Shown: positions 51,805 to 60,407 of the stretch, piece after piece
Numbering within the stretch: the first letter of the stretch is position 1
How the letters are laid out: each line of letters starts with the position of its first letter
Origin: Candidatus Rokuibacteriota bacterium
GTDB lineage: Bacteria; Methylomirabilota; Methylomirabilia; Rokubacteriales; CSP1-6
Reading direction: 5' to 3'
Length of the DNA: 64,000 bases
NCBI GenBank assembly: GCA_003220495.1
Contig: QHSP01000041.1
Span: 6,925 to 70,924 of the forward strand
Notes under the pieces: generated by a model
The model's input: only the letters and a program-made list of their open reading frames with translations
What the model was told of the DNA's origin: nothing
The model's database searches: none
Made by a program: the position numbers and the translations under genes

Positions 51805-53725
51805 CGGCCGGGACCTGCGCCTGCTCGTAGATCTTCGCGTCCACGAATACGTCGAGCAGCGCGCCGTCGAGGTGTCCGGCCCGTCGCTCGTGCTCGAGGA
51901 TCCCCAGCGCCTCGGCCGGCGCGATGCCCTTCTTGTAGGGACGATCGCCTGCGGTGAGCGCGTCGTAGATGTCGGCGATCGTCATCATCCTCGACTGGAC
52001 GGGGATCTCCTCGCCCTCGCGCCCCTCGGGGTAGCCGGTGCCGTCGAGCTTCTCGTGGTGCGAGCGGGCGATCGCGGGGATACCTCGGAACTCGCGCGTC
52101 CACGGGATGCGCGTGAGGAATTCGTAGGTGTGGATCACGTGGGACTGGATTTCCTTGAACTCCGCCGGCGTGAGGCTGCCCCGGGGAATCGCCAGGATCT
52201 CCGCCTCCTCGCGCGTGATGACGGTCTCGCGATTTCCCAGGTGATCCTCGAAGACGTCGAGCGCCAGCCGCTCGATACCCGCCGCGAAGTCGCGCGGCAG
52301 CACGGCCGGCTCATTGGCCGCGACGATGTGGGCGATGCTCTGGTCGAGCATGGCGACGTACGCCGCGAGCTCGGCGTCGAAGGTCGCGGCCTGCCTCGCG
52401 TAGCCCCGCCGGCCCTTCGCGAACAGGTGCTCGATCTTCTTGCCGGCGTAGCGCAGCTCCAGGCCGCGCCTGATCAGCTCCACGCGCTGGCGGATGCGGT
52501 CCAGCTCGCCGGGTAGGAGCTTCTTGGCCTTCACGAGGACCTGCTCGCGGACCCCGACCTTGCCGAAATCGTGCAGGAGCGCGGCGTAGCGGAGCTCCGT
52601 CATCTCCTCGGCGGTGAAGCGCAGCGTCTGGTACGGTCCGGTGACGCCGCGATCGATCGCGGTGGCGAGCCCGACGGTCATGTTCGCGACGCGGGCGGAG
52701 TGGCCGGACGTCGTCGGGTCGCGCGACTCGATCGCGGTGACCGATGCCTTCACGAAGCCTTCGAAGAGGTCGCGGATGCTCTCGTAGAGCCGCCGATTCT
52801 GGATCGCCACCGCCGCCTGCGAGGCGAGGGAGCCGGCGAGCTGCTCGTGGCGCGCGGTGAATCGCTGAACCATCTGCTCGGTCGGGTCGCCCGGTCTCAG
52901 TCGCGCCGCGAAGTCGGGCTTGCAGTTGATCAGCTGCAGCGCCCCGATCGTCTCGCCCTCGGGCGTGCGCATCGGCACCACGAGCATCGACCGGGTGCGA
53001 TAGCCGGTCTCCTCGTCGAACGACCGGTTGATGTGGAACGGCGCGCCGGCCGGTGGGCTGTAGGCGTCCTCGAGGTTGAGGATAGCGCCGGTCAGCGCCA
53101 CGTGCCCCGCGACGCTCTCGCTGGTGAGCGGGAGCCGCGCGGCGTGGAACGGAAGGTCCACGGAGTCGTTCTGGGCGAGGACGAAGCGAAGGTCGCGCGT
53201 GCCGTCGGGCTCTTCCTCGACCAGGTAGAGCGAGCCGGCGTCGCTCTGCGTGATCTCGCGCGCCTTGGTCAGGATGGTCTCGATGAGGTCTCGCGGGTTG
53301 CGCTCGGCCGAGAGCCGGATGCCGATCGCGTTCAGCTCGGAGAGCTCGCGGTCCAGTCGCGCCATCTCGGCCGCTCGATCGAGATCGGCGAAGGCCTTGT
53401 CGATCGCGCGCGCGAGCATCGCCGCGCTCACGCCCTCCGGGAGGACCGAGTACCAGTGCGCGGGCCACGGCCCAGCGCCGCCGCCATCGACCAGCGCGAC
53501 GACGCGAAGCGGCGCCCCGCCCCAACGCGAATCGGTGGCATCGCGGCCGACCAGGACGACGACGGGCCCGTCGGCGGTCGGGTCTGCTGCGACGGACAGC
53601 CCCGCCACGTCGAAATCGCCACGGAGACTTTCGGCGGCGGTCGCCGCCGCGCGCGAAGTCGCGTCGTAGAGGACACGGCGGCGACGCATGAAACGAAAGT
53701 AGGGCCGCAGCGGAGGCCAAGTCAA
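51764..53725 (-). CDS. GAF-domain HD-GYP phosphodiesterase-family protein
   Basis: N-terminal degenerate receiver-like region and a GAF domain (SDAGSLYLVEE...MLVVPM). The HD-GYP domain is split by an insertion (SGHSARVA...LLHDFGKVG ... SHHEKLDGTGYP...IADIYDALT). The start may be ATG 53689. Confidence 0.85.
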   Translation of the reverse strand: MTWPPLRPYFRFMRRRRVLYDATSRAAATAAESLRGDFDVAGLSVAADPTADGPVVVLVGRDATDSRWGGAPLRVVALVDGGGAGPWPAHWYSVLPEGVSAAMLARAIDKAFADLDRAAEMARLDRELSELNAIGIRLSAERNPRDLIETILTKAREITQSDAGSLYLVEEEPDGTRDLRFVLAQNDSVDLPFHAARLPLTSESVAGHVALTGAILNLEDAYSPPAGAPFHINRSFDEETGYRTRSMLVVPMRTPEGETIGALQLINCKPDFAARLRPGDPTEQMVQRFTARHEQLAGSLASQAAVAIQNRRLYESIRDLFEGFVKASVTAIESRDPTTSGHSARVANMTVGLATAIDRGVTGPYQTLRFTAEEMTELRYAALLHDFGKVGVREQVLVKAKKLLPGELDRIRQRVELIRRGLELRYAGKKIEHLFAKGRRGYARQAATFDAELAAYVAMLDQSIAHIVAANEPAVLPRDFAAGIERLALDVFEDHLGNRETVITREEAEILAIPRGSLTPAEFKEIQSHVIHTYEFLTRIPWTREFRGIPAIARSHHEKLDGTGYPEGREGEEIPVQSRMMTIADIYDALTAGDRPYKKGIAPAEALGILEHERRAGHLDGALLDVFVDAKIYEQAQVPAVSPAASDRRHPMR

Positions 53726-53736
53726 GAATACTTATA

Positions 53737-55311
53737 ATGATTTTCGGAATGACCGAGCTCGCCCGGCTCGCCGATCTCTGCCAGCGGCTGCGTACGAGCC
53801 CCGGACGGCTCGGAAAGCTCGCGCTGCTCGCGGATTATCTGCGGGCGCTGCCTCCCGATACCGTGGCCACCGCCGTCGCGTTCCTGACCGGGCGACCGTT
53901 TCCCCAGTCGGACCCGCGCGTGCTCGGGGTCCGCTGGCTGCCGTCGGTCGACGAGGCGCCAGCCGCGGGATCGCCGTTGACGCTCGCGGACGTCGCGGCG
54001 GCATTCGCCGACATCGCCAAGGCGAGCGGCGCGGGCGCGCGCCGGACGCGCGACGAGCTGCTCCGCGCGCTGGCGAGCCGGGCGTCAGCCGAAGAACGCG
54101 AGACGATCCAGCGGATCGTCGTCGGCGAGATGCGCACCGGAGTGTCCGACGGGCTCGTGCTCGAGGCCATCGCGCGCGCCTTCGCGGCGCCGCTGGAGAG
54201 CACGCGCCGCGCGGCGCTCCGGCTCGGCGACCTCTCCGCGGTGGCGGCGCTGGCCGCGCGCGGCGGGGCCGCGGCGCTCACCGCGGCGAGCGTACGCGCG
54301 GGTGTCCCCCTCTTGCCGATGCTGGCGCAGATCGCGGAGGATTTCGATGAGGTGCTCGAGGCCCACGGCGGGGCCTCCGCGCTCGAGTACAAGTACGACG
54401 GCGCGCGCATCCAGCTCCACCGCGACGGCGATCGAGTCGGGATCTGGACGCGCCGCCTCTCCGACGTCACCCGGAGCCTGCCCGACGTCGTCGAGACGGC
54501 GCGACGCGAGCTCGCGGCCGCTCCGTTCATCCTGGACGGCGAAGTCCTGGCACTCGACGGCGCCGGGCGGCCGCTGCCCTTCCAGGAGCTGATGCGGCGG
54601 TTCCGCCGGGTCCACGAGGTGGAGCGGCTCGTCCGCGAGATGCCGCTGACCCTCTGCTTCTTCGACTGCCTCATGGCCGACGGGCGCTCGCTGATCGACG
54701 AGCCCTACGCGCGCCGCTGGGAGGCGCTGACCGCCGTCACTGGAGGCCGTCACCTCGCCGAGCGTGCGCTGGTGACCTCGGCCGAGGCGGCGCGGGAGTT
54801 CCAGGCCAGGGCGCTCGCCGCCGGCCACGAGGGTGTCGTCGCGAAGGATCTGCGCTCCACGTACGATCCGGGCGGCCGAGGCAAGCGGTGGTTCAAGCTG
54901 AAGGTCGCCGAGACGGTCGACTGCGTCATCGTCGCCGTCGACCGCGGCTCCGGGCGGCGGAGCAAGTGGCTCTCCAACTACCACCTCGCGGTTCGCGACG
55001 GGGACGACTTCGCGGACGTCGGCAAGACGTTCAAGGGATTCACCGACCGGCAGTTCGTCGAGATGACCGAGCGTCTCTGGGCGCTCGCGACGAGCGACGA
55101 CGGCTACACCGTGCGGGTGCGGCCGGACGTCGTCGTCGAGGTCGCCTACAACGAGATCCAGAAGAGCCCGACCTATCGCTCGGGCATGGCGCTCCGCTTC
55201 GCGCGCATCACGCGGATCCGCGACGACAAGGCGCCCGGCCAGGCCACGACGCTCGAGGAGCTGCGCCTCCTCTACGAGCGGCAATTCGCGACCAAAGGCC
55301 GCTCGGTGTAG
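53737..55311 (+). CDS. ATP-dependent DNA ligase (three-domain LigB / Lig1-like)
   Basis: 524 aa with an N-terminal DNA-binding domain, an adenylation domain with motif I EYKYDGARIQ, motifs FILDGEVL and HEGVVAKD, and an OB domain (WFKLK). A perfect TATAAT lies at 53733-53738; the alternative start is ATG 53749. Confidence 0.9.
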   Translation: MIFGMTELARLADLCQRLRTSPGRLGKLALLADYLRALPPDTVATAVAFLTGRPFPQSDPRVLGVRWLPSVDEAPAAGSPLTLADVAAAFADIAKASGAGARRTRDELLRALASRASAEERETIQRIVVGEMRTGVSDGLVLEAIARAFAAPLESTRRAALRLGDLSAVAALAARGGAAALTAASVRAGVPLLPMLAQIAEDFDEVLEAHGGASALEYKYDGARIQLHRDGDRVGIWTRRLSDVTRSLPDVVETARRELAAAPFILDGEVLALDGAGRPLPFQELMRRFRRVHEVERLVREMPLTLCFFDCLMADGRSLIDEPYARRWEALTAVTGGRHLAERALVTSAEAAREFQARALAAGHEGVVAKDLRSTYDPGGRGKRWFKLKVAETVDCVIVAVDRGSGRRSKWLSNYHLAVRDGDDFADVGKTFKGFTDRQFVEMTERLWALATSDDGYTVRVRPDVVVEVAYNEIQKSPTYRSGMALRFARITRIRDDKAPGQATTLEELRLLYERQFATKGRSV

Positions 55312-55322
55312 AATCGGCGGCC

Positions 55323-56210
55323 GTGACTCCGCGCGTCTCGACCGGCATGGCCAAGCTCGACGCGATGCTCGACGGCGGTCTCTTGCCCGGCACGCTCACC
55401 GTGGTCTACGGCGCCACCGGGATCGGCAAGACCCATCTCGGGCTCACGTTCGCCGATCATGGACGGATCGCCGACGGCGCGCGCGGCATCGTCCTCGACC
55501 TGAACGGGCGCGGCGACTCGCAACAGCACGACGAGTACGCGGCCCGGCTCTTCGGCTGGTCGCTGACGCCGTGGACGCACACCGTCACGCCGATGACCGA
55601 TCCGTATCCGCCGCCGGGGCAGATGGACGCGAGCTACTCCAACACGCTCAAGTGGGTGGGGCGCGTGCGCGACTATCAGGTGCCGACACAAGACGGCGGG
55701 TGGGAGTTCGACTGGAGCTGGAAAGCGGCCTACAACCATGCCCTCTACACGGTGAGGCCGTTCGTCTATTTCCACTGCGCGGCCGGCACGCGGCGCCTCG
55801 TGGTCGACGGCGTCGAGCCGATGGATTCGCCCGCGGACTCGATCCAGTTCTTCGTGTTCGACGAGCTCTACCGGAAGACCATCCACCGGGACGCCGAGAC
55901 GCTCGGGATGGAGATCTGCCTGCCGGTGTGGAAGCACCGCGAGTTCATCGACTCGCATCTCTACGACCACACCGCGCTCACGACCTTGCTCCTGGTGACG
56001 ACGGAGGAGACACGGCTGGAGGACCTGCTGGCGCGCAAGGTCGCCGCCGGCGACGTCGGCGCCACCGCGAACACGATCCTGGCCCTGGGCAGCGAGCGCG
56101 TCGGCAATCGCCTGGCCCGCATGCTCTGCGTCGTCAAGCACCGGGGCAGCGCCATGAGCGATGAGATCGTCGAGTACCGGATCGGAGCTCGAGGCATCGA
56201 GCTCGGGTAG
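55323..56210 (+). CDS. KaiC/RadA/RecA-superfamily ATPase (COG0467-like), single domain with insertion
   Basis: GTG start 11 nt after the ligase stop. RVSTGMAKLDAMLDGGLLPGTLTVVYGATGIGKT (Walker A), RRLVVDGVEP (Walker B-like), and the C-terminal LCVVKHRGSAMSDEIVEYRIGARGIEL typical of KaiC-like domains. Confidence 0.7.
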   Translation: MTPRVSTGMAKLDAMLDGGLLPGTLTVVYGATGIGKTHLGLTFADHGRIADGARGIVLDLNGRGDSQQHDEYAARLFGWSLTPWTHTVTPMTDPYPPPGQMDASYSNTLKWVGRVRDYQVPTQDGGWEFDWSWKAAYNHALYTVRPFVYFHCAAGTRRLVVDGVEPMDSPADSIQFFVFDELYRKTIHRDAETLGMEICLPVWKHREFIDSHLYDHTALTTLLLVTTEETRLEDLLARKVAAGDVGATANTILALGSERVGNRLARMLCVVKHRGSAMSDEIVEYRIGARGIELG

Positions 56211-56213
56211 CGC

Positions 56214-57716
56214 GTGGCTGGCGTGCATCGCCGCCGGCCCCGGCGACCTCGTGTGACCCCGGTCGTCTTCACGCTCGAGCGCCTCGCCCCGCCCGCCCGC
56301 GCGTTGCTGCGCGCCGTCCAGTCGGCCGCGGGTCGCTCGCGCTCGCCGATGCTCGTGGGGGGCGCGGTGCGCGATACGCACCGCGAGTCGGCCAGACGGG
56401 CGGGGCCGGCCGATCTCGACATCGCGGTCGAATCGGGCGCGCTCGAGCTCGCCGCCCGCGTGGCCGCGCGCCTCGGCGGCGCGTTCGTGCCGCTCGACCC
56501 CGAGCGGGGCGCGGCGCGCGTGCTCGCGCGCGGGATGTGCCTCGACGTGACGGACTGGCGGGCGCCGACGCTCGAGGACGACCTGGCGGCGCGCGATTTC
56601 ACCGTGAACGCCCTGGCGGTCTCGGTGCGCGAGCTCTTGAGTCGAGGCCGGGCCGGGATCGTCGATCCCACCGGCGGGCTCGCCGATCTCCGGGCGCGCC
56701 GGCTCCGCGTCCACGACCCGCGCGTCCTGACCGAGGATCCGCTCCGCACGCTGCGCGGCGTTCGGCTCGAAGCGGCTCTCGGATTCCGGCTGACCGCGAA
56801 GACGGCGCGGGCGATCCGATCCGCCGGGCCGGCGCTGGCCGGAGTCGCCGCCGAGCGGGTGCGCGACGAGCTGCTCGCGCTGCTCGCGCTGCCGCGCGCC
56901 GCGCGCGCCCTGCGCCGACTCGACGCGCTCGGTCTCCTTCGCGTGATCGTGCCGGAGGTCGAGGCGATGCGCAGCTCGACGCAGCCGGCGCCGCATCGGT
57001 TTGCGGTGCTCGAGCACTCGCTCCGGGCGGTCTGGGGAGCCGACACCTTGCTGGAGCACCTGCGCGAGCTCCGGCCGTTCGGGGACGAGCTCGCGGCGCA
57101 CGTGGTCGAGGAGCTCGGCGGCGGGGTGCAGCGTGGCCAGATCCTCAAGCTTGCGGCGCTGCTCCACGACGTCTCCAAGCCCGAGACGCGCCGGCTGGTC
57201 GACGGCCGCATCCGCTTCTTCGAGCACGACGTGCGGGGCGCGGCGCGGGCGCGCGACATCGCCGAGCGGCTCCGGCTGCCGGCGCGCGCTCGTGGGGTCC
57301 TCGAGCGACTCGTTCGCCATCACCTGCGCCCCGGGCACCTGGCCGCTGCCGGCGGGGTTACGCCGCGCGCGCGCTATCGCTTCTACCGGGATCTCGGCGA
57401 GGACACACGGGATCTGCTGCTGCTGACCCTGGTGGACGCGGCGGCCGTGACGGGGGTGTCACCGCGCTCGGTCTGGCGCCGGGCCGCCGTCGTGCGCGAC
57501 CTCCTGCGGGGATGGGAGGAGACTTCGCGCGCCGGCGCCGAGGCCTCGCCACTGGTGCGGGGCGAAGACGTCATGGCTCGCTTCGGTATTCCCCCCGGGC
57601 CCGAGGTCGGCCGCCTGCTCGAGCGCGCGCGCGAGGCGCAAGGCCTCGGCCTCGTCACCACCCGCGAAGAGGCGCTCGCCTACCTTGACTCACCCGCGAG
57701 CGAGCCCCTAGAGTAG
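56214..57716 (+). CDS. CCA-adding enzyme / poly(A) polymerase-family nucleotidyltransferase with C-terminal HD domain
   Basis: LVGGAVRD...DLDIAV (pol-beta NTase motifs), RDFTVNALA, EDPLRTLRGVRL, and an HD region (LHDVSKPET...FEHD). The true start may be downstream of 56214. Confidence 0.8.
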   Translation: MAGVHRRRPRRPRVTPVVFTLERLAPPARALLRAVQSAAGRSRSPMLVGGAVRDTHRESARRAGPADLDIAVESGALELAARVAARLGGAFVPLDPERGAARVLARGMCLDVTDWRAPTLEDDLAARDFTVNALAVSVRELLSRGRAGIVDPTGGLADLRARRLRVHDPRVLTEDPLRTLRGVRLEAALGFRLTAKTARAIRSAGPALAGVAAERVRDELLALLALPRAARALRRLDALGLLRVIVPEVEAMRSSTQPAPHRFAVLEHSLRAVWGADTLLEHLRELRPFGDELAAHVVEELGGGVQRGQILKLAALLHDVSKPETRRLVDGRIRFFEHDVRGAARARDIAERLRLPARARGVLERLVRHHLRPGHLAAAGGVTPRARYRFYRDLGEDTRDLLLLTLVDAAAVTGVSPRSVWRRAAVVRDLLRGWEETSRAGAEASPLVRGEDVMARFGIPPGPEVGRLLERAREAQGLGLVTTREEALAYLDSPASEPLE

Positions 57717-57771
57717 CGGGACCTTGAGGAATCTTAACCTTCCGTTCCGGGAGGCTTCGGGGAGGCTCTCG

Positions 57772-59322
57772 ATGATCGCGTGGAAAACCATCCTAGCCGT
57801 CGCCGTCCTTCTGCTGCCGCTGACGGCGGGCGCCGCACCGGCCGGTAAGGTCGTCATCGCGCAGGGCGTCGATCCGACGACGCTCGACATGGCCAATCAG
57901 TCCGAGAGCCCGGCGTCGAACGTCGGGCGCCACATCTTCGACACGCTCTACGAGCGCGACCAGAATCTCAAGGTCGTGCCGAACCTCGCCACCGAGATGC
58001 CGAAGTTCGTGCCGCCCTCGGCGTGGGAGGTCAAGCTGCGCCGTGGCGTGAAGTTCCACAACGGCGAGGAGTTCAACGCCGACTCGGCGAAGTTCACCCT
58101 CGAGCGGCTGGGGCAGGGGCAGGGCAAGCTCCGCGGCGCCACGTTCTTCTCGCCCATCGACCGGGTGGAGATCGTGGACCCGTACACGATCAAAGTCCAC
58201 ACGAAGAAGCCCTGGCCGCTGTTCACTGCCTCGATGACCTTCACGCAGAGCGGGATGCTGCCGCCCAAGGAGTCGGCTGGGAAGGAGACCGCCGATCTCT
58301 CGAAGAAGCCGATCGGCACCGGGCCCTACAAGTTCGTCCGCTGGTCGAAGGACGAGGAGATCGTGCTCGAGGCCAACGACGCCTACTGGCGGGGGGCGCC
58401 GCAGATCAAGACGGTGGTCTTCAAGCCGATCCCTGACGACGCGGTGCGTGTCGCCGCGCTGCAGAACGGCGAGATCGACCTGGCGGTGAACATCCCGCCG
58501 CATCTTGGCGCGATCATCGACAAGCACCCCAAACTCTTCCTGTCGACGGCGCCGTCGATCCGCACGATCCAGCTCATGTTCTACACGCATCAGATGGACG
58601 CGCAGCACAAGGCGACCGGCCCCTACAACGGGCCCACCGCCGACAAGCGCGTTCGCCAGGCGATCGCCTACGCGATCGATGCCGACGAGCTCATCAAGAC
58701 CGTGCTCGACGGCAAGGGCGTGCGCGTCGCGACGATGCTGCCGTCGATGCACTTCGGCTTCGATCCGAAGCTCTCACCGATCAAGTTGGACGTCGCGAAG
58801 GCCAAGAAGCTCCTGGCCGACGCCGGCTTCGCGAACGGCGTCGAGATCACCCTGCACGGCCCGCGCGGCCGCTACGTGCGCGACGCCGAGGTGGCCGAGG
58901 CGGTCACCGGCCAGCTCACCAAGGCCGGAATCAAGACGACGCTCCGCACGTACGACTTCGTGACGTACCTGAACAACATGGTCTACGTGCACAAGGCGGG
59001 GCCGGTGTGGCTGATCGGCTGGGGGACGGGCACGATGGACGCCGAGACGGTCTACGTGCCGCTCTTCAGGTCGCCCGGGATCTTCGTGAACTGGCTGAAC
59101 GAGGACTTCAACCGGATGATCGACGAGGCGCAGACGATCATGGACGAAAAGAAGCGCCTCGAGCAGTACCACCGCATCAATCGGCTCTGGGTCGAGGAGA
59201 TGCCGGCGGTGCCGCTCTACCAGCAGATCGATCTCTACGGCGTCGCCAAGCGACTCAACTGGAAGGCGCGGAGCGACGAGGTGCTCCAGGCGTACAACAT
59301 GTCGCTCAAGGACGGGAAATAG
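57772..59322 (+). CDS. ABC transporter substrate-binding protein, family 5 (peptide/nickel type)
   Basis: Start ATG 57772 after GGGGAGG. Signal peptide MIAWKTILAVAVLLLPLTAGAA, then KVVIAQGVDPTTLD...LYERD..LKVVP.LA...KFHNGEEF.A.D. No cognate permease or ATPase genes are adjacent. Confidence 0.85.
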   Translation: MIAWKTILAVAVLLLPLTAGAAPAGKVVIAQGVDPTTLDMANQSESPASNVGRHIFDTLYERDQNLKVVPNLATEMPKFVPPSAWEVKLRRGVKFHNGEEFNADSAKFTLERLGQGQGKLRGATFFSPIDRVEIVDPYTIKVHTKKPWPLFTASMTFTQSGMLPPKESAGKETADLSKKPIGTGPYKFVRWSKDEEIVLEANDAYWRGAPQIKTVVFKPIPDDAVRVAALQNGEIDLAVNIPPHLGAIIDKHPKLFLSTAPSIRTIQLMFYTHQMDAQHKATGPYNGPTADKRVRQAIAYAIDADELIKTVLDGKGVRVATMLPSMHFGFDPKLSPIKLDVAKAKKLLADAGFANGVEITLHGPRGRYVRDAEVAEAVTGQLTKAGIKTTLRTYDFVTYLNNMVYVHKAGPVWLIGWGTGTMDAETVYVPLFRSPGIFVNWLNEDFNRMIDEAQTIMDEKKRLEQYHRINRLWVEEMPAVPLYQQIDLYGVAKRLNWKARSDEVLQAYNMSLKDGK

Positions 59323-59357
59323 CGCGGGATCGATCGGTGTAGTATAGGGGCCGCCGG

Positions 59358-59432
59358 GCGGCCGTAATTCAGTGGCAGAATGCCAGCTTCCCAAGCTGGA
59401 CGTCGCCGGTTCGAATCCGGTCGGCCGCTCCA
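59358..59432 (+). tRNA. tRNA-Gly (anticodon CCC), CCA encoded
   Basis: Hand-folded cloverleaf: acceptor GCGGCCG/CGGCCGC, D stem ATTC/GAAT, anticodon stem CCAGC/GCTGG with loop TTCCCAA, variable loop ACGTC, T stem GCCGG/CCGGT with TTCGAAT loop, discriminator T, then CCA. Confidence 0.9.
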
Positions 59433-59437
59433 AAAAC

Positions 59438-59905
59438 TCAAGGGGTTACGGGGAGACCCGTAACCCCTTGGCTGCGTCGAGTGACCATCCAGTGACCACG
59501 GCTGCCGTCACAGTCCCTCGTCCGCGAGCCCTTCGCCGCAAGCGCCCCGTCCCGCCCACGTAGGTTCGGAATGAAGCGGTGGTATCGGCGATAGACCATC
59601 TCGGCATTGGTGTGCCCCAGTTGCGTTGCTACCCACCCCCGGGGATTCTCCTAGCTCCAACATGAGCGTGGCGAACGTGTGCCGTGTCTGGTACAGCGTG
59701 CGCGCGCGGAGCTTCGCTCGCCGAAGCGCTGGCCGCCAGACACGCTCGCGCAGATTCGTGATGTCGAGGGGCCCGCCGTCGCGGTTCGAGAACACCCATG
59801 GGCTCCGTACCGGACTCGCGGCCCGCTGCCCGCGAAGCGCCCGCTCGACGATCGCGAGCATCTGGACGGTCCGCTTCGACTCCACTGTCTTCGTCGGACC
59901 CGTCC
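59438..59905 (-). mobile_element. Decayed tyrosine-recombinase (phage-integrase family) gene: C-terminal catalytic fragment with frameshift
   Basis: ..SPWVFSNRDGGPLDITNLRERVWRPALRRAKLRARTLYQTRHTFATLMLELGESPG, then after a +1 shift at the G5 run (about 59637-59641) WVATQLGHTNAEMVYRRYHRFIP (the HxxR, His and catalytic Tyr blocks). The N-terminal half, including the first Arg box, is absent. It lies next to the tRNA 3' end. Confidence 0.65.
59440..59469 (-). terminator. 13-bp perfect hairpin; followed by T5 on the minus strand
   Basis: AAGGGGTTACGGG-gaga-CCCGTAACCCCTT. On the minus strand it is followed by gagTTTTT, a rho-independent shape closing the integrase-remnant transcript. It directly abuts the tRNA 3' end. 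Confidence 0.5.
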
Positions 59906-60407
59906 CGAAGCGACTGACCGAACGTCGGACGAGGAGCATGATGTGTCGCAGGGGAAGCACGGCCGTGATCGCGGCGAGCTGGAGTTCGCCCTGAACGCCG
60001 CAGCCCACGATGGTCGCCGTGCGTGCGTCGGGGCGGGCCAGGAATTTCGCGGCCACCGCGGTTGCGGCACCCGTGCGAAGCGCCGTCACACTTCCGGAGT
60101 CCATGATGGCGAGCGGCGTGCCGTTGGCCGCATCGGCCAGCACGATCGTACCCAGGATCGTCGGCAGCCCCCACCGTCGCGGGTTGTCTGAGAAGTTGGC
60201 ATTGGTCTTCGTGGCGAAATAGCTGCGTTCACCCACCAAGCCCGCGGCCTTGATATGGAAGCCTCAGCCCGAAGCCGGCACGCCCAGCACGCCCGGGCCC
60301 AGGGTGCGTCCTTCGGCGTGCAGGCGAAATGCACGCTCAACGGCGTCGATGCACTCCGGAGGCGACAGCAGCTCGACCACATCGGTGCGCGAGAGGATCA
60401 GGGTCAT
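59906..60407 (-). pseudogene. Ornithine cyclodeaminase/mu-crystallin-family gene, disrupted (in-frame TGA, 3' truncation)
   Basis: From ATG 60407: MTLILSRTDVVELLSPPECIDAVERAFRLHAEGRTLGPGVLGVPASG-TGA(60266-60264)-GFHIKAAGLVGERSYFATKTNANFSDNP...LAIMDSGSVTALRTGAATAVAAKFLARPDA..IVGCGVQG... Homology stops after about 160 codons, where the sequence runs in-frame into the integrase fragment. The boundary coordinate is approximate. Confidence 0.6.

Noticed and set aside
58774-59441. Minus-strand ORFs 58774..59433 and 59235..59441 overlapping the tRNA.
   Set aside because: They contain the characteristic 'translated tRNA' peptide (..PTGFEPATSSLGSWHSATELRP..) and lie antisense to the binding-protein gene. 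They are artefacts.
60264-60266. In-frame TGA in the OCD-like gene as a selenocysteine codon.
   Set aside because: The position aligns with a non-catalytic Gly-rich loop. No obvious SECIS-like hairpin follows. The gene is additionally truncated and fused to an integrase relic, so a nonsense mutation in a pseudogene is the simpler reading.
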